The notes under the pieces are model-generated. The model ran no database searches, was not told the origin of the DNA, and saw only the letters and a program-made list of their open reading frames with translations. DNA of 32,000 nt, taken from the NCBI RefSeq assembly GCF_000014785.1, contig NC_008340.1, forward strand, positions 2,850,001-2,882,000, read 5' to 3'. Position numbers and translations under genes: made by a program. Positions 19,568-28,187 of this stretch are shown here, in pieces. The DNA is from Alkalilimnicola ehrlichii MLHE-1 (GTDB lineage: Bacteria; Pseudomonadota; Gammaproteobacteria; Nitrococcales; Halorhodospiraceae). Numbering within the stretch: position 1 is the first letter of the stretch; each line of letters starts with the position of its first letter.

Positions 19568-21319
19568 ATGCATACCGTGATCGCACTGGTCCTGCGGCGG
19601 ATGCGGGGGCCGCTGTTGCTGGTGATCGGCGCTTACGCCATCGCCATACTGGGGCTGGTCCTGATCCCCGGGGTGGACGACCAGGGCGAGCCCTGGCGCA
19701 TGGACTTCCTGCACGCCTTCTATTTCGTCACCTACACCGCACCGAGCATCGGCTTCGGCGAGGTGCCCTACGACTTCACGCCCGCCCAGCGCCTGTGGGC
19801 CCTGGTCGCCATCTACCTCACGGTCATCACCTGGTTCTACGCCCTGGTCACCATCATCGCCCTGGTCCAGGATCGGCAGTTTCGGGAGACGGTCACCCAG
19901 ACCCGCTTCAGCCGCACGGTGCGCCACCTGCGCGACCCCTTCTACCTCATCTGCGGCTATGGCGACACCGGGCATCTTCTGGTGCGCTCGCTCACCGAGC
20001 GCGGCCTGCGCGCCGTGGTGCTGGACATCCGTCAGGACCGGATCGACCTGCTCGGCACCCGGGACCTGGTGAGCTACGTACCCGGATTGCGCACCGACGC
20101 CGGCCAGCCTACCGCTCTGCTGGATGCCGGCCTGCAGCATCCGTGCTGTGTCGGGGTGCTCGCTGTCACTGACAGCGACCACGCCAACCTGCAGGTCGCT
20201 ATCAGCAGCAAGCTGCTCAACCCCTCGCTGCCCGTCATCTGCCGGGCCGAGAGTGAGGAGGCGGCCGGCAACATGGCCTCGTTCGGCACCGACCACATCG
20301 TCAACCCCTTTGAGGCCTTCGGTGATCGGCTGGCGATGGCCATCCGCAGCCCCCGCATGCACCAGGCCTACGAATGGCTCTCCAGCATGCCGGGCTCCCC
20401 GCTGGTGGAACGGCCCCGCCCTCCGGCCGGCACCTGGATCATCTGCGGTTACGGCCGGCTGGGCCGCGCGGTACACCGCTACCTGGACGATGGCGGGGTT
20501 GCCACCAGGGTGGTCGACGCCACGCCGGAGGAGAGCGGCGCGCCTGAAGCAGCCATCGTCGGCAAGGGTACTGAGGCCCACACCCTGGAGGCCGCCGGCG
20601 TCAAGTCGGCGGCGGCCATCCTCGCGGCCACCACCGACGATGCCGACAACCTGTCCATCATCATGACCGCACGCGATCTCAATCCCGAGATCTTCCTCGG
20701 GGCCCGCAACAACCAGCTGGCCAACAAGGCGGTCTTCCGGGCAGCCGATTTACACCTGCCCGTGGAACCCAGCTACATCATCGCCACCCGCATCCTGTCG
20801 TTGGTCAATGCCCCGCTCCTGCCCGACTTTCTCCGCTTGGCGCGGAAGAAGGAGCCGGCTTGGCACGCCAACCTGGTGACGCGCATGCGCCTGGTGTCCG
20901 GGGAAATGGTGCCGGAGATCTGGACCCTCCGCCTGGGCGAAGAGTGTTGTCCCGTGCTGATCGCGGCGTTGCGCGAGGGCCTGATCAAGCGGCTGGGCCA
21001 GCTCTTACGCGACCCCGGCGACCGCGAGGCCCCGCTGGACGTCCTGCCCCTGCTGCTGACCCGCAGCGACGAGGTGCATCTGGTGCCGGAAGAGGACACC
21101 GTGATCGAACCCGATGACCAGGTCCTGCTTTGCGGCACGGCGAAGGCGCGCCGCCAATTGGAGACGAGCCTCCACAACATCAACACCTTGCGCTACCTGG
21201 GGACCGGCGAGCTGAGGCCCGACGGCTCGCTCTGGCGCTGGCTGGCCCGGCGGGCCCGCAGCCGGGACCGGGCAACGGATGAGGGACAACCGGCAGCGGA
21301 TACAAAAAAGGCGCCCTGA
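19568..21319 (+). CDS. two-TM ion channel (potassium channel family) with two TrkA-N/RCK domains and a TrkA-C-like region
   Basis: 583 aa: pore region FYFVTYTAPSIGFGEVPYDFTPAQRLWALVAIYLTV, first Rossmann FYLICGYGDTGHLLVRSL, second WIICGYGRLGRAVHRYL, C-terminal DEVHLVPEEDTVIEPDDQVLLCG. Confidence 0.88.
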   Translation: MHTVIALVLRRMRGPLLLVIGAYAIAILGLVLIPGVDDQGEPWRMDFLHAFYFVTYTAPSIGFGEVPYDFTPAQRLWALVAIYLTVITWFYALVTIIALVQDRQFRETVTQTRFSRTVRHLRDPFYLICGYGDTGHLLVRSLTERGLRAVVLDIRQDRIDLLGTRDLVSYVPGLRTDAGQPTALLDAGLQHPCCVGVLAVTDSDHANLQVAISSKLLNPSLPVICRAESEEAAGNMASFGTDHIVNPFEAFGDRLAMAIRSPRMHQAYEWLSSMPGSPLVERPRPPAGTWIICGYGRLGRAVHRYLDDGGVATRVVDATPEESGAPEAAIVGKGTEAHTLEAAGVKSAAAILAATTDDADNLSIIMTARDLNPEIFLGARNNQLANKAVFRAADLHLPVEPSYIIATRILSLVNAPLLPDFLRLARKKEPAWHANLVTRMRLVSGEMVPEIWTLRLGEECCPVLIAALREGLIKRLGQLLRDPGDREAPLDVLPLLLTRSDEVHLVPEEDTVIEPDDQVLLCGTAKARRQLETSLHNINTLRYLGTGELRPDGSLWRWLARRARSRDRATDEGQPAADTKKAP

Positions 21320-21331
21320 AGGGCGCCTTTT
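21306..21331. terminator. Rho-independent, likely bidirectional terminator between the channel gene and the OmpA-family gene
   Basis: AAAAGGCGCCC-TGAA-GGGCGCCTTTT, 11 bp perfect stem with A/T tracts between convergent genes. Confidence 0.92.
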
Positions 21332-21355
21332 CGTCCGAAGGTGAAGGGTGACGCC

Positions 21356-22036
21356 TCAGCGCACGCCCTCCACGTGGATCTCCACCCGGCGGTTGGGTGC
21401 CAGGCACTCGATCAACGCGGACCCGGACAGGTTGTCAGGACACTCCTTGACCGGCCGGTCCTCACCGTAACCACGGGAGGTGATCAGGTTGTCGTCCACC
21501 CCCTGCTGGACCATGAAGGTCCGCACGGCGGCGGCACGGCGCTCGGACAGTTCCTGGTTATAAGCGGCGCTGCCGATATGGTCGGTGTGGCCATTCACCC
21601 GGATACTGTCGACCCGCTCCATGGCGTTGATGCGCTCGATGACATTGCGCAGGTTGGCGCGGCCACCGGGGGTGAGCTCGTCGCTGTCGAAGCCGAACAG
21701 CGCCTCGCTGTCGACGCTGATCCGCTCCAGTTCGGGCTCCGGCTCCGGCTCGGGCGCCGGCTCGGGCTCGGGCTCATCCAGGCATGCGGGCGGCTGAGTG
21801 GCCGTCTCCCAGGTCACCCCCCAGCAGAGCCCGAAGCCGCTGCGCACTTCATTGCCCCGGGTGTCGGTCAGAAACCCTTGGCCACTGTCGTGCCCGCCGG
21901 CAAACGCCGCGCCGGATACCGCCAGCATACCGGCCATCACCAGGCCGGAGCACATCGCACCCAGGCCGGTGCGTCGATATCCTTCGTTGTTGTTCTGCAT
22001 CATCATTCCGTGCTCCAAACGATTTTGGGAAATCAA
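21356..22036 (-). CDS. OmpA family outer membrane protein
   Basis: Signal peptide-like GLGAMCSGLVMAGMLAVSGAAFAGG; OmpA_C domain LRNVIERINAMERVDSIRVNGHTDHIGSAAYNQELSERRAAAVRTFMVQQGV...CLAPNRRVEIHVEG. The real start may be the MMMQNNNEGYR site near 22006. Confidence 0.92.
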   Translation of the reverse strand: MISQNRLEHGMMMQNNNEGYRRTGLGAMCSGLVMAGMLAVSGAAFAGGHDSGQGFLTDTRGNEVRSGFGLCWGVTWETATQPPACLDEPEPEPAPEPEPEPELERISVDSEALFGFDSDELTPGGRANLRNVIERINAMERVDSIRVNGHTDHIGSAAYNQELSERRAAAVRTFMVQQGVDDNLITSRGYGEDRPVKECPDNLSGSALIECLAPNRRVEIHVEGVR

Positions 22037-22125
22037 AGGTCAGGGTCTGGCTACAACCCCTCAGCCCCTGCCGTGAAAGGTAGACCATTACCAGCGGCCT
22101 GCTCAAGCAGATATTGCGCAATGTC

Positions 22126-23154
22126 TCATTCTGCGCCCGGGCGGTCCCTACTGTACTCGAAGGCGTCGTAGAAAAACCGGTCCTCCGGCAGGCCGTGGGC
22201 CACCAGGTCCCGCCGGGCGGCGGCGATCATGGCCGGTGGCCCCGCGGCGTAGACCTCGTAACGGGAGAGGACGGGAATATCCTGCAGCAGCACGTTGTGG
22301 ACCAGGCCGACGCGCCCCTCCCAACGGTCGTCGGGCCGGGGCTCCGAGAGCACCGGGACATAATGGATGTGGTCGTGCTCGCTGGCCCAGCGGCGCGGCA
22401 GGCCGTCCAGGTAGAGGTCGCGGCGGGCGCGCACCCCCCAGTAGATGTGGATGGGGCGCTGGATCCCCACATAGATGGCGTGCTCCACCATTGCCTTGAT
22501 CGGGGCAAAGCCGGTCCCCCCCGCCAGCATGATGATGGGCCGGTCGGATTCCTCGTCCAGGCTGAAGGTCCCCAGCGGCCCCTCGATGCGCAGGAGGGCC
22601 TTTTCCTTGAGCTCATTGAAGACATAGCCGGTGAACTCGCCCCCCGGCACATGGCGCACGTGTACCTCCAGCAACTCGTCGTCGTGGGGCGGGTTGGCCA
22701 GGGAGAAGCCGCGCCGGCGGCCGTCGCGCAGCAGCACGTCGATATACTGCCCGGCCAGGTACTGCAGGCGCTCATTCTGGGGCAGTTTGAGCCAGAGCCG
22801 GCGCACGTCGTGGGCCAGGTCCTCGATCCGCACCACCCGGGTCGGCATCGTGCGCGGGGTCAGCTCGCCGGCCTCGCGCAGTTCGCGCACCTCGATACTG
22901 AGGTCGGTATTCGGCTGCGCCTGACAGAACAGGGCCTGGCCCACCGCCTCCTCGGTATCGCTGAGGGCCTCGGGCCGCCCCTCCGGGTAGGTCACCTCGC
23001 CGGAGACCACCTTGCCCATACAGGCGCCGCAGGTCCCGCTGCGACAGCTGTAGGGCAGGATCAAGCCGTGGCGCAGGGCCGCCGTGAGGACGGCCTCACC
23101 CGGCTCGACGGTGAACTCATGACCGGTGGGTTCGATAAGGACCTTGTAGCTCAT
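22126..23154 (-). CDS. 2Fe-2S/FAD/NAD(P) oxidoreductase (CDP-6-deoxy-delta-3,4-glucoseen reductase-like)
   Basis: From ATG 23154: MSYKVLIEPTGHEFTVEPGEAVLTAALRHGLILPYSCRSGTCGACMGKV, RRGFSLAN, GPLGTF, IIMLAGGTGFAPIKAMVEHA. Neighbour of ubiD. Confidence 0.9.
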   Translation of the reverse strand: MSYKVLIEPTGHEFTVEPGEAVLTAALRHGLILPYSCRSGTCGACMGKVVSGEVTYPEGRPEALSDTEEAVGQALFCQAQPNTDLSIEVRELREAGELTPRTMPTRVVRIEDLAHDVRRLWLKLPQNERLQYLAGQYIDVLLRDGRRRGFSLANPPHDDELLEVHVRHVPGGEFTGYVFNELKEKALLRIEGPLGTFSLDEESDRPIIMLAGGTGFAPIKAMVEHAIYVGIQRPIHIYWGVRARRDLYLDGLPRRWASEHDHIHYVPVLSEPRPDDRWEGRVGLVHNVLLQDIPVLSRYEVYAAGPPAMIAAARRDLVAHGLPEDRFFYDAFEYSRDRPGAE

Positions 23155-23182
23155 GCAGTCATCCCTGTGGTCGTGGTGCAAT

Positions 23183-24649
23183 TCAGTCTAATCCCAGCTT
23201 AGGCCAGAGCGCATCGACCCGCGCCCGGGTCTCGTCATCCATGACAATAGGCCGCCCCCACTCGCGGTCGGTCTCGCCGGGCCACTTGTGGGTGGCATCG
23301 AAGCCGATCTTGGAACCCAGGCCGGAGACCGGCGAGGCAAAGTCCAGGTAGTCAATAGGCGTGTTATCGATCATCACGGTGTCCCGCTTGGGGTCCATGC
23401 GCGTGGTCATGGCCCAGATGACATCCTTCCAGTCGCGGGCGTTCACGTCGTCGTCGGTAACGATAACAAACTTGGTGTACATGAACTGGCGCAGGAAGGA
23501 CCACACGCCCAGCATCACCCGCTTGGCGTGGCCGGGGTACTGCTTTTTCATGGTGACCACGGCCATGCGGTAGGAGCACCCCTCCGGCGGCAGGTAGAAA
23601 TCGCTGATCTCGGGGAACTGTTTGCGCAGGATGGGCACGAAGACCTCGTTGAGCGCCACCCCGAGGATGGCCGGCTCGTCCGGCGGCCGGCCGGTATAGG
23701 TGGAGTGGTAGATGGGGTCGCGGCGGTGGGTGATGCGATCCACGGTGAACACCGGGAAGTGGTCCACCTCGTTGTAGTAGCCGGTGTGGTCCCCAAAGGG
23801 CCCCTCCGGTGCGGTGTCGTCCGGGTGGATGTGCCCTTCCAGGACGATCTCCGCCGAGGCGGGCACCTGCAGGTCCGGGCCCAGGCACTTGACCAGCTCG
23901 GTCTTGCTGCCGCGCAACAGCCCGGCGAAGCCGTACTCGGACAGACTGTCGGGCACCGGGGTGACGGCCCCCAGGATGGTGGCCGGGTCGGCACCGAGGG
24001 CGATGGCCACGGGGAAGGGTTCGCCCGGCCGCTCGCGCTGCCAGTCGCGGAAGTCCAGCGCCCCGCCCCGGTGGGCGAGCCAGCGCATGATGGTTCGGTT
24101 GCGGCCGATCACCTGGTTGCGGTAGATGCCCAGGTTCTGGCGCTCCTTCTCCGGGCCGCGGGTCACCACCAGCGCCCAGGTGATCAACGGCCCGGCGTCC
24201 CCCGGCCAGCAGGTCTGCACCGGCAGCCGGCCCAGGTCCACGTCATCGCCCTCCACCACCACCTCCTGGCAGGCGGCACGGCGGACCTTTTTCGGGCCCA
24301 TGTCCAGCACCTTGCGGAAGACCGGCAACTGCGACCAGGCGTCGCGCAGCCCCTTGGGGGGTTCCGGCTGGCGAAGGAAGGCGAGCAGCTCGCCGATCTC
24401 GCGCAGGGCGGAGACGTCCTCGGCCCCCATGCCCAGGGCCACCCGGCGCGGCGTCCCGAAGAGGTTACCGAGGACGGGCATCCTGTACCCCTTGGGCTTT
24501 TGGAACAGGATGGCGGGGCCTTCGGCGCGCAGGGTGCGGTCGCAGACCTCGGTCATCTCCAGCCGCGGGTCCACCTCGACGTCGACCCGGCGCAGTTCGC
24601 CGTCGGCCTCCAGCTTGCTGATGAAGTCGCGCAGATCGCGGTATTTCAT
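23183..24649 (-). CDS. ubiD: 4-hydroxy-3-polyprenylbenzoate decarboxylase UbiD
   Basis: From ATG 24649: [38 protein letters not shown]..., [75 protein letters not shown]. Confidence 0.97.
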   Translation of the reverse strand: MKYRDLRDFISKLEADGELRRVDVEVDPRLEMTEVCDRTLRAEGPAILFQKPKGYRMPVLGNLFGTPRRVALGMGAEDVSALREIGELLAFLRQPEPPKGLRDAWSQLPVFRKVLDMGPKKVRRAACQEVVVEGDDVDLGRLPVQTCWPGDAGPLITWALVVTRGPEKERQNLGIYRNQVIGRNRTIMRWLAHRGGALDFRDWQRERPGEPFPVAIALGADPATILGAVTPVPDSLSEYGFAGLLRGSKTELVKCLGPDLQVPASAEIVLEGHIHPDDTAPEGPFGDHTGYYNEVDHFPVFTVDRITHRRDPIYHSTYTGRPPDEPAILGVALNEVFVPILRKQFPEISDFYLPPEGCSYRMAVVTMKKQYPGHAKRVMLGVWSFLRQFMYTKFVIVTDDDVNARDWKDVIWAMTTRMDPKRDTVMIDNTPIDYLDFASPVSGLGSKIGFDATHKWPGETDREWGRPIVMDDETRARVDALWPKLGLD

Positions 24650-24832
24650 GGGCCGTCCTTTCTGACTGTTGGCGTCGGTTGATGATAGCACTCTGGCGCC
24701 ACCGACTTTACGGGGCCGCCCCGGGGCGCGAATGGCGCGGCGGCAGCGGCGGGCGGGTTCTGATAATCTGGTAGGCGCAGGCCTTGCCTGCAGTCGCATG
24801 GAGCGAGACCCACCACAACAAGGCAGGACGCC

Positions 24833-25306
24833 ATGGATTTACTGGAACCCGTATACCGTCCCGGTGGTACCTTCTTTTTCACCCTGGCCACCGGGCGCCG
24901 TCAGCCCCATTTCCGTAACCCCCTTCAGGTGCAGTACCTGCGCACGGCGTTGCGCCAGGTGATGCGCGACCATCCCTTCCACATCGTCGGTGCGGTGGTG
25001 ATGCCGGACCATCTGCATACGGTGTGGACGTTGCCGGACGAGGATCATGCCGGGCGCTGGAAGCGGGTCAAGCTGCGGGTGTCGCGCGCGGCGGGGTTAC
25101 GGGGGTACTGGGACCCGGCGGTGCGCAGTCTCCCGCTGGAGTCCCCGGCGGCGCTGCGTGAGACCCTGGACCGCCTGCACGCGGACCCGGTGCGCCACGG
25201 CCTGGCCGACGCCCCGGCGGACTGGCCGCAGAGCTCCTTCCGGTTTTGGGTCAAGCGGGGCTTGTATGCCCAGGACTGGCAGCCGGAGCCAGCCGGCACC
25301 CGGTAG
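24833..25306 (+). CDS. REP-associated tyrosine transposase (RAYT / IS200-like), atypical and possibly catalytically inactive
   Basis: 157 aa: [24 protein letters not shown]-type [61 protein letters not shown]. Lacks the tyrosines expected in the YIHYNPVKHG-type motif. Confidence 0.85.
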   Translation: MDLLEPVYRPGGTFFFTLATGRRQPHFRNPLQVQYLRTALRQVMRDHPFHIVGAVVMPDHLHTVWTLPDEDHAGRWKRVKLRVSRAAGLRGYWDPAVRSLPLESPAALRETLDRLHADPVRHGLADAPADWPQSSFRFWVKRGLYAQDWQPEPAGTR

Positions 25307-25390
25307 GTCGCACGGTTTGGTCACGGGATGCTGCGCTTTGGCGGAAGCGAGATCGGGTAATTGGGCTTGAGTGATCGGCTCGTTGGCCGG

Positions 25391-25497
25391 CTGCGATGAG
25401 GCTCGTTGGGCGGGTGCGGTCTGTTGGTTGGGCGACTGCGATCAGGCTCGTTGGGTGGAGCGGTCTGTTGGTTGGGCGACTGCGATGGGGCTCAGGA
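25391..25497 (+). repeat. Degenerate tandem repeat, unit ~44-45 bp, ~2.3 copies
   Basis: CTGCGATGAGGCTCGTTGGGCGGGTGCGGTCTGTTGGTTGGGCGA, then CTGCGATCAGGCTCGTTGGGTGGAGCGGTCTGTTGGTTGGGCGA, then partial CTGCGATGGGGCTCAGG. Confidence 0.85.
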
Positions 25498-25498
25498 C

Positions 25499-25606
25499 GG
25501 GGTGCGGCGGTGGTTCGGGTGCGAATACGCCGTGAACCCATCCATGGGGGCTCGTAGGCAGCATCCCTGCTGCCTACGATTCGCACCCGAACCACCGCCG
25601 CACCCC
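25499..25606. repeat. Nested palindrome E, REP-like core in long perfect outer arms
   Basis: 28 bp perfect arms GGGGTGCGGCGGTGGTTCGGGTGCGAAT / ATTCGCACCCGAACCACCGCCGCACCCC around ACGCCGTGAACCCATCCATGGGGGCT and inner hairpin CGTAGGCAGCA-TCCC-TGCTGCCTACG. Confidence 0.93.
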
Positions 25607-25801
25607 TCCAGATGGTCGGCTTTGGGCTTTCGGATGGCTGCTGAGGGGGGTGTGCCGGGACACGACCTGCACCAAGCGGCACTTCACCCCATCTTTGAGA
25701 GACCACGGGAGACACCAGCGCAGGCCGGGGTTGGGGGTTGCGATGGCCGTATCCTCAGACCTCGACACCCAATGCCGACAACGAACCTCCCAAAGCAGAG
25801 G

Positions 25802-27841
25802 TCACGCCGCCAGCCCGGAATGCCGCAACAGGGCGTCGATCCGCGGCGCCCGCCCGCGGAAGTTGCGGAACAGCACCATGGGGTCCTCGGAGCCGCCCTT
25901 CTCCAGGATGTGGGTCATGAACTCATGCCCGGCCTGTTGGTTGAAGATGCCCTCCTCCTCAAACCGCGAATAGGCATCCGCCGACAGCACCTCCGCCCAC
26001 TTGTAGCTATAATAGCCGGCCGCATAACCGCCGGCAAAGATATGCCCGAAGCTGTTGGCAAAGCGGTTCCACTCCGGCGGCCGGACCACCGCCACCTGCT
26101 CGCGCACCTCCTCCAACAGCGGATAGATGCGCGCGCCCCGCTCCGGGTCATACCCCGCGTGCAGGCGGAAATCGAACAGCGAGAACTCGAGCTGGCGCAC
26201 CATCTGCATGGCCGACTGGAAATTGCGCGCCGCCCGCATACGCCGGAAGAGATCCTCCGGGATCCGGGCCCCGGTCTGATAGTGCGCCGCGAACAGATCC
26301 AGCGCCTCGCGCTCCCAGCACCAGTTCTCCATGAACTGACTGGGCAACTCCACCGCATCCCAGGCAACCCCGCGGATCCCGGCCACCGCCGGCGCCTCCA
26401 CCCGGGTCAGCATGTGGTGCAGCCCGTGGCCAAACTCGTGGAACAGCGTGGTCACCTCGCCGTGGGTGAGCAGTGCCGGCTGGTCGCCTACCGCCGGCGT
26501 GAAGTTACAGGTGAGATAAGCCACCGGCACCTGCACCCGCTCCCCCTGGCGCATCCGCGCCCGGCACTCGTCCATCCAAGCGCCGCCGCGCTTGTGGGGG
26601 CGGGCATAGAGATCGGTGTAGAAGGCCCCGCGCAGATCGCCGTCCCGGTCGCGGATCTCGTAGTAGCGGACGTCCTCGTGCCAGACGGGCACGCCCTGGC
26701 GCTCCTCAATATGCAGGCCGTAGAGCCGCTGCACCACCTCAAAGAGCCCGGCCATCACCCGCTCGGCCGGGAAATAGGGACGAAGGTCCTCGTCCGAGAG
26801 TTGGAAGCGGGCCTGGCGCAGCTTCTCCGAGGCATAGGGGATATCCCAGGCCTGGAGGTCGGTCAGACCCAGCTCCTCGCCGGCAAAGCGGCGCAGCTCG
26901 GCCAGCTCATCCTCGGCGCGGGGCCGGGCGCGCTCAGCCAGGTCATTCAGGAAGCCCAGGACCTCATCGGTGGAGCCGGCCATCTTCTTGGCCAGGGAGA
27001 GTTCGGCGAAGTTGTCGTACCCCAGCAGCCGCGCCTTCTCGTGGCGCAGGGCCAGGATCTCCTCCATCAGCGGCAGGTTGTCCCATTGGCCGCCGTGGGG
27101 CCCCCGCTCGGAGGCCCGGGTGCTCCAGGCCTCGTAAACCTCGCGGCGCAGCGCGCGGTCGTCGGCGTAGGTGATGACCGCGAAGAAGCTGGGGAACTCC
27201 AGGTTGATCCGGTAGCCCTCGACTCCGGCGCGCTCAGCGGTCTGCCGGGCCAGCGCCAGGGAGGAGTCGGGCAGGCCGGACAGGACCTCCGCGTCCGACA
27301 GGTCCTTGTGCCAGGCGTTGGTGGCGTCGAGTACGTTCTCGCCGAACTTGGCGGAGAGCTCGGACAGGCGTTGGGCGATCTCTCCGTAGCGTTGCTTCTG
27401 GTCCGCCGGCAGGTCCACGCCTGAGAGGCGGAAGTCGCGCAGGGCATTGTCGATGGTGCGCTGCTGGGCACTATCCAGCGCCTGGTACTCCTCACTGTCG
27501 CGCAGGGCGTGGAAGGCGGCGCACAGTTCGGCGTTCTGCCCCACTTCGGTGGCGTAAGCGCTGAGCTTGGGCAGACAGGCATTGTAGGCGGCGCGCAGCG
27601 CCTCGCTGTTAACCACCGCGTTCATATGCGAGACCGGCGACCAAGCCCGGCTCAGGCGCTCGTCGGCGGCCTCCAGCGGCGCCACCAGCCCGTCCCAGGT
27701 CCAGTCGCCCCGCTCCAGCACCTCACGCAGGGTCTGCCGGCAGTGGGCCAGCAACTCGTCGATGGCCGGCTCCACGTGCTCGGGCTGGATCTCGGGGAAG
27801 GGCGGCAGCGGCTCGTCGTGCAGCAGCGGATTGTCGCTCAT
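25802..27841 (-). CDS. prlC: oligopeptidase A (M3 family metallopeptidase)
   Basis: From ATG 27841: MSDNPLLHDEPLPPFPEIQPEHVEPAIDELLAHCR..., zinc motif TTLFHEFGHGLHHML, FAGGYAAGYYSYKWAEVLSADAYSRF. Confidence 0.96.
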   Translation of the reverse strand: MSDNPLLHDEPLPPFPEIQPEHVEPAIDELLAHCRQTLREVLERGDWTWDGLVAPLEAADERLSRAWSPVSHMNAVVNSEALRAAYNACLPKLSAYATEVGQNAELCAAFHALRDSEEYQALDSAQQRTIDNALRDFRLSGVDLPADQKQRYGEIAQRLSELSAKFGENVLDATNAWHKDLSDAEVLSGLPDSSLALARQTAERAGVEGYRINLEFPSFFAVITYADDRALRREVYEAWSTRASERGPHGGQWDNLPLMEEILALRHEKARLLGYDNFAELSLAKKMAGSTDEVLGFLNDLAERARPRAEDELAELRRFAGEELGLTDLQAWDIPYASEKLRQARFQLSDEDLRPYFPAERVMAGLFEVVQRLYGLHIEERQGVPVWHEDVRYYEIRDRDGDLRGAFYTDLYARPHKRGGAWMDECRARMRQGERVQVPVAYLTCNFTPAVGDQPALLTHGEVTTLFHEFGHGLHHMLTRVEAPAVAGIRGVAWDAVELPSQFMENWCWEREALDLFAAHYQTGARIPEDLFRRMRAARNFQSAMQMVRQLEFSLFDFRLHAGYDPERGARIYPLLEEVREQVAVVRPPEWNRFANSFGHIFAGGYAAGYYSYKWAEVLSADAYSRFEEEGIFNQQAGHEFMTHILEKGGSEDPMVLFRNFRGRAPRIDALLRHSGLAA

Positions 27842-27975
27842 GCTTGTCTCTCTCACTCGATCACTCGGAGCGGCCTGCCAATAAAACCCAGGCCGCGGGC
27901 TATGGAATGCGTCCAGTCTACTTCAGCAGACCGTTCAACGGGGGGCTTGGTTCGCGACCGCGGGGGATGGCGGGA

Positions 27976-28186
27976 TCGAGTGTCGGGCGGCCGGGCGGGG
28001 GATCGTCCGCTGGGGCTCCAAATGCGCACCCCCTTCGGGGGTTCCCTGCGCTACTCGGGAAAAATCGGCGCGCGTGAACTCGCTTCGCTCGAACAGGCAC
28101 GCGCTTTTCCCGATTTTTCCCTGCGTTGCTCGGTGCGCATAAGTCGCCCCAGCGGACGATCCCCCGCCCGGCCGCCCGACACTCGA
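27976..28186 (-). repeat. Nested covarying palindromic element, copy C (opposite core orientation)
   Basis: 41 bp perfect outer arms TCGAGTGTCGGGCGGCCGGGCGGGGGATCGTCCGCTGGGGC (27976-28016) and its reverse complement (28146-28186). Inner arms GGAAAAATCGG / CCGATTTTTCC on the minus strand. Confidence 0.95.
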
Positions 28187-28187
28187 C

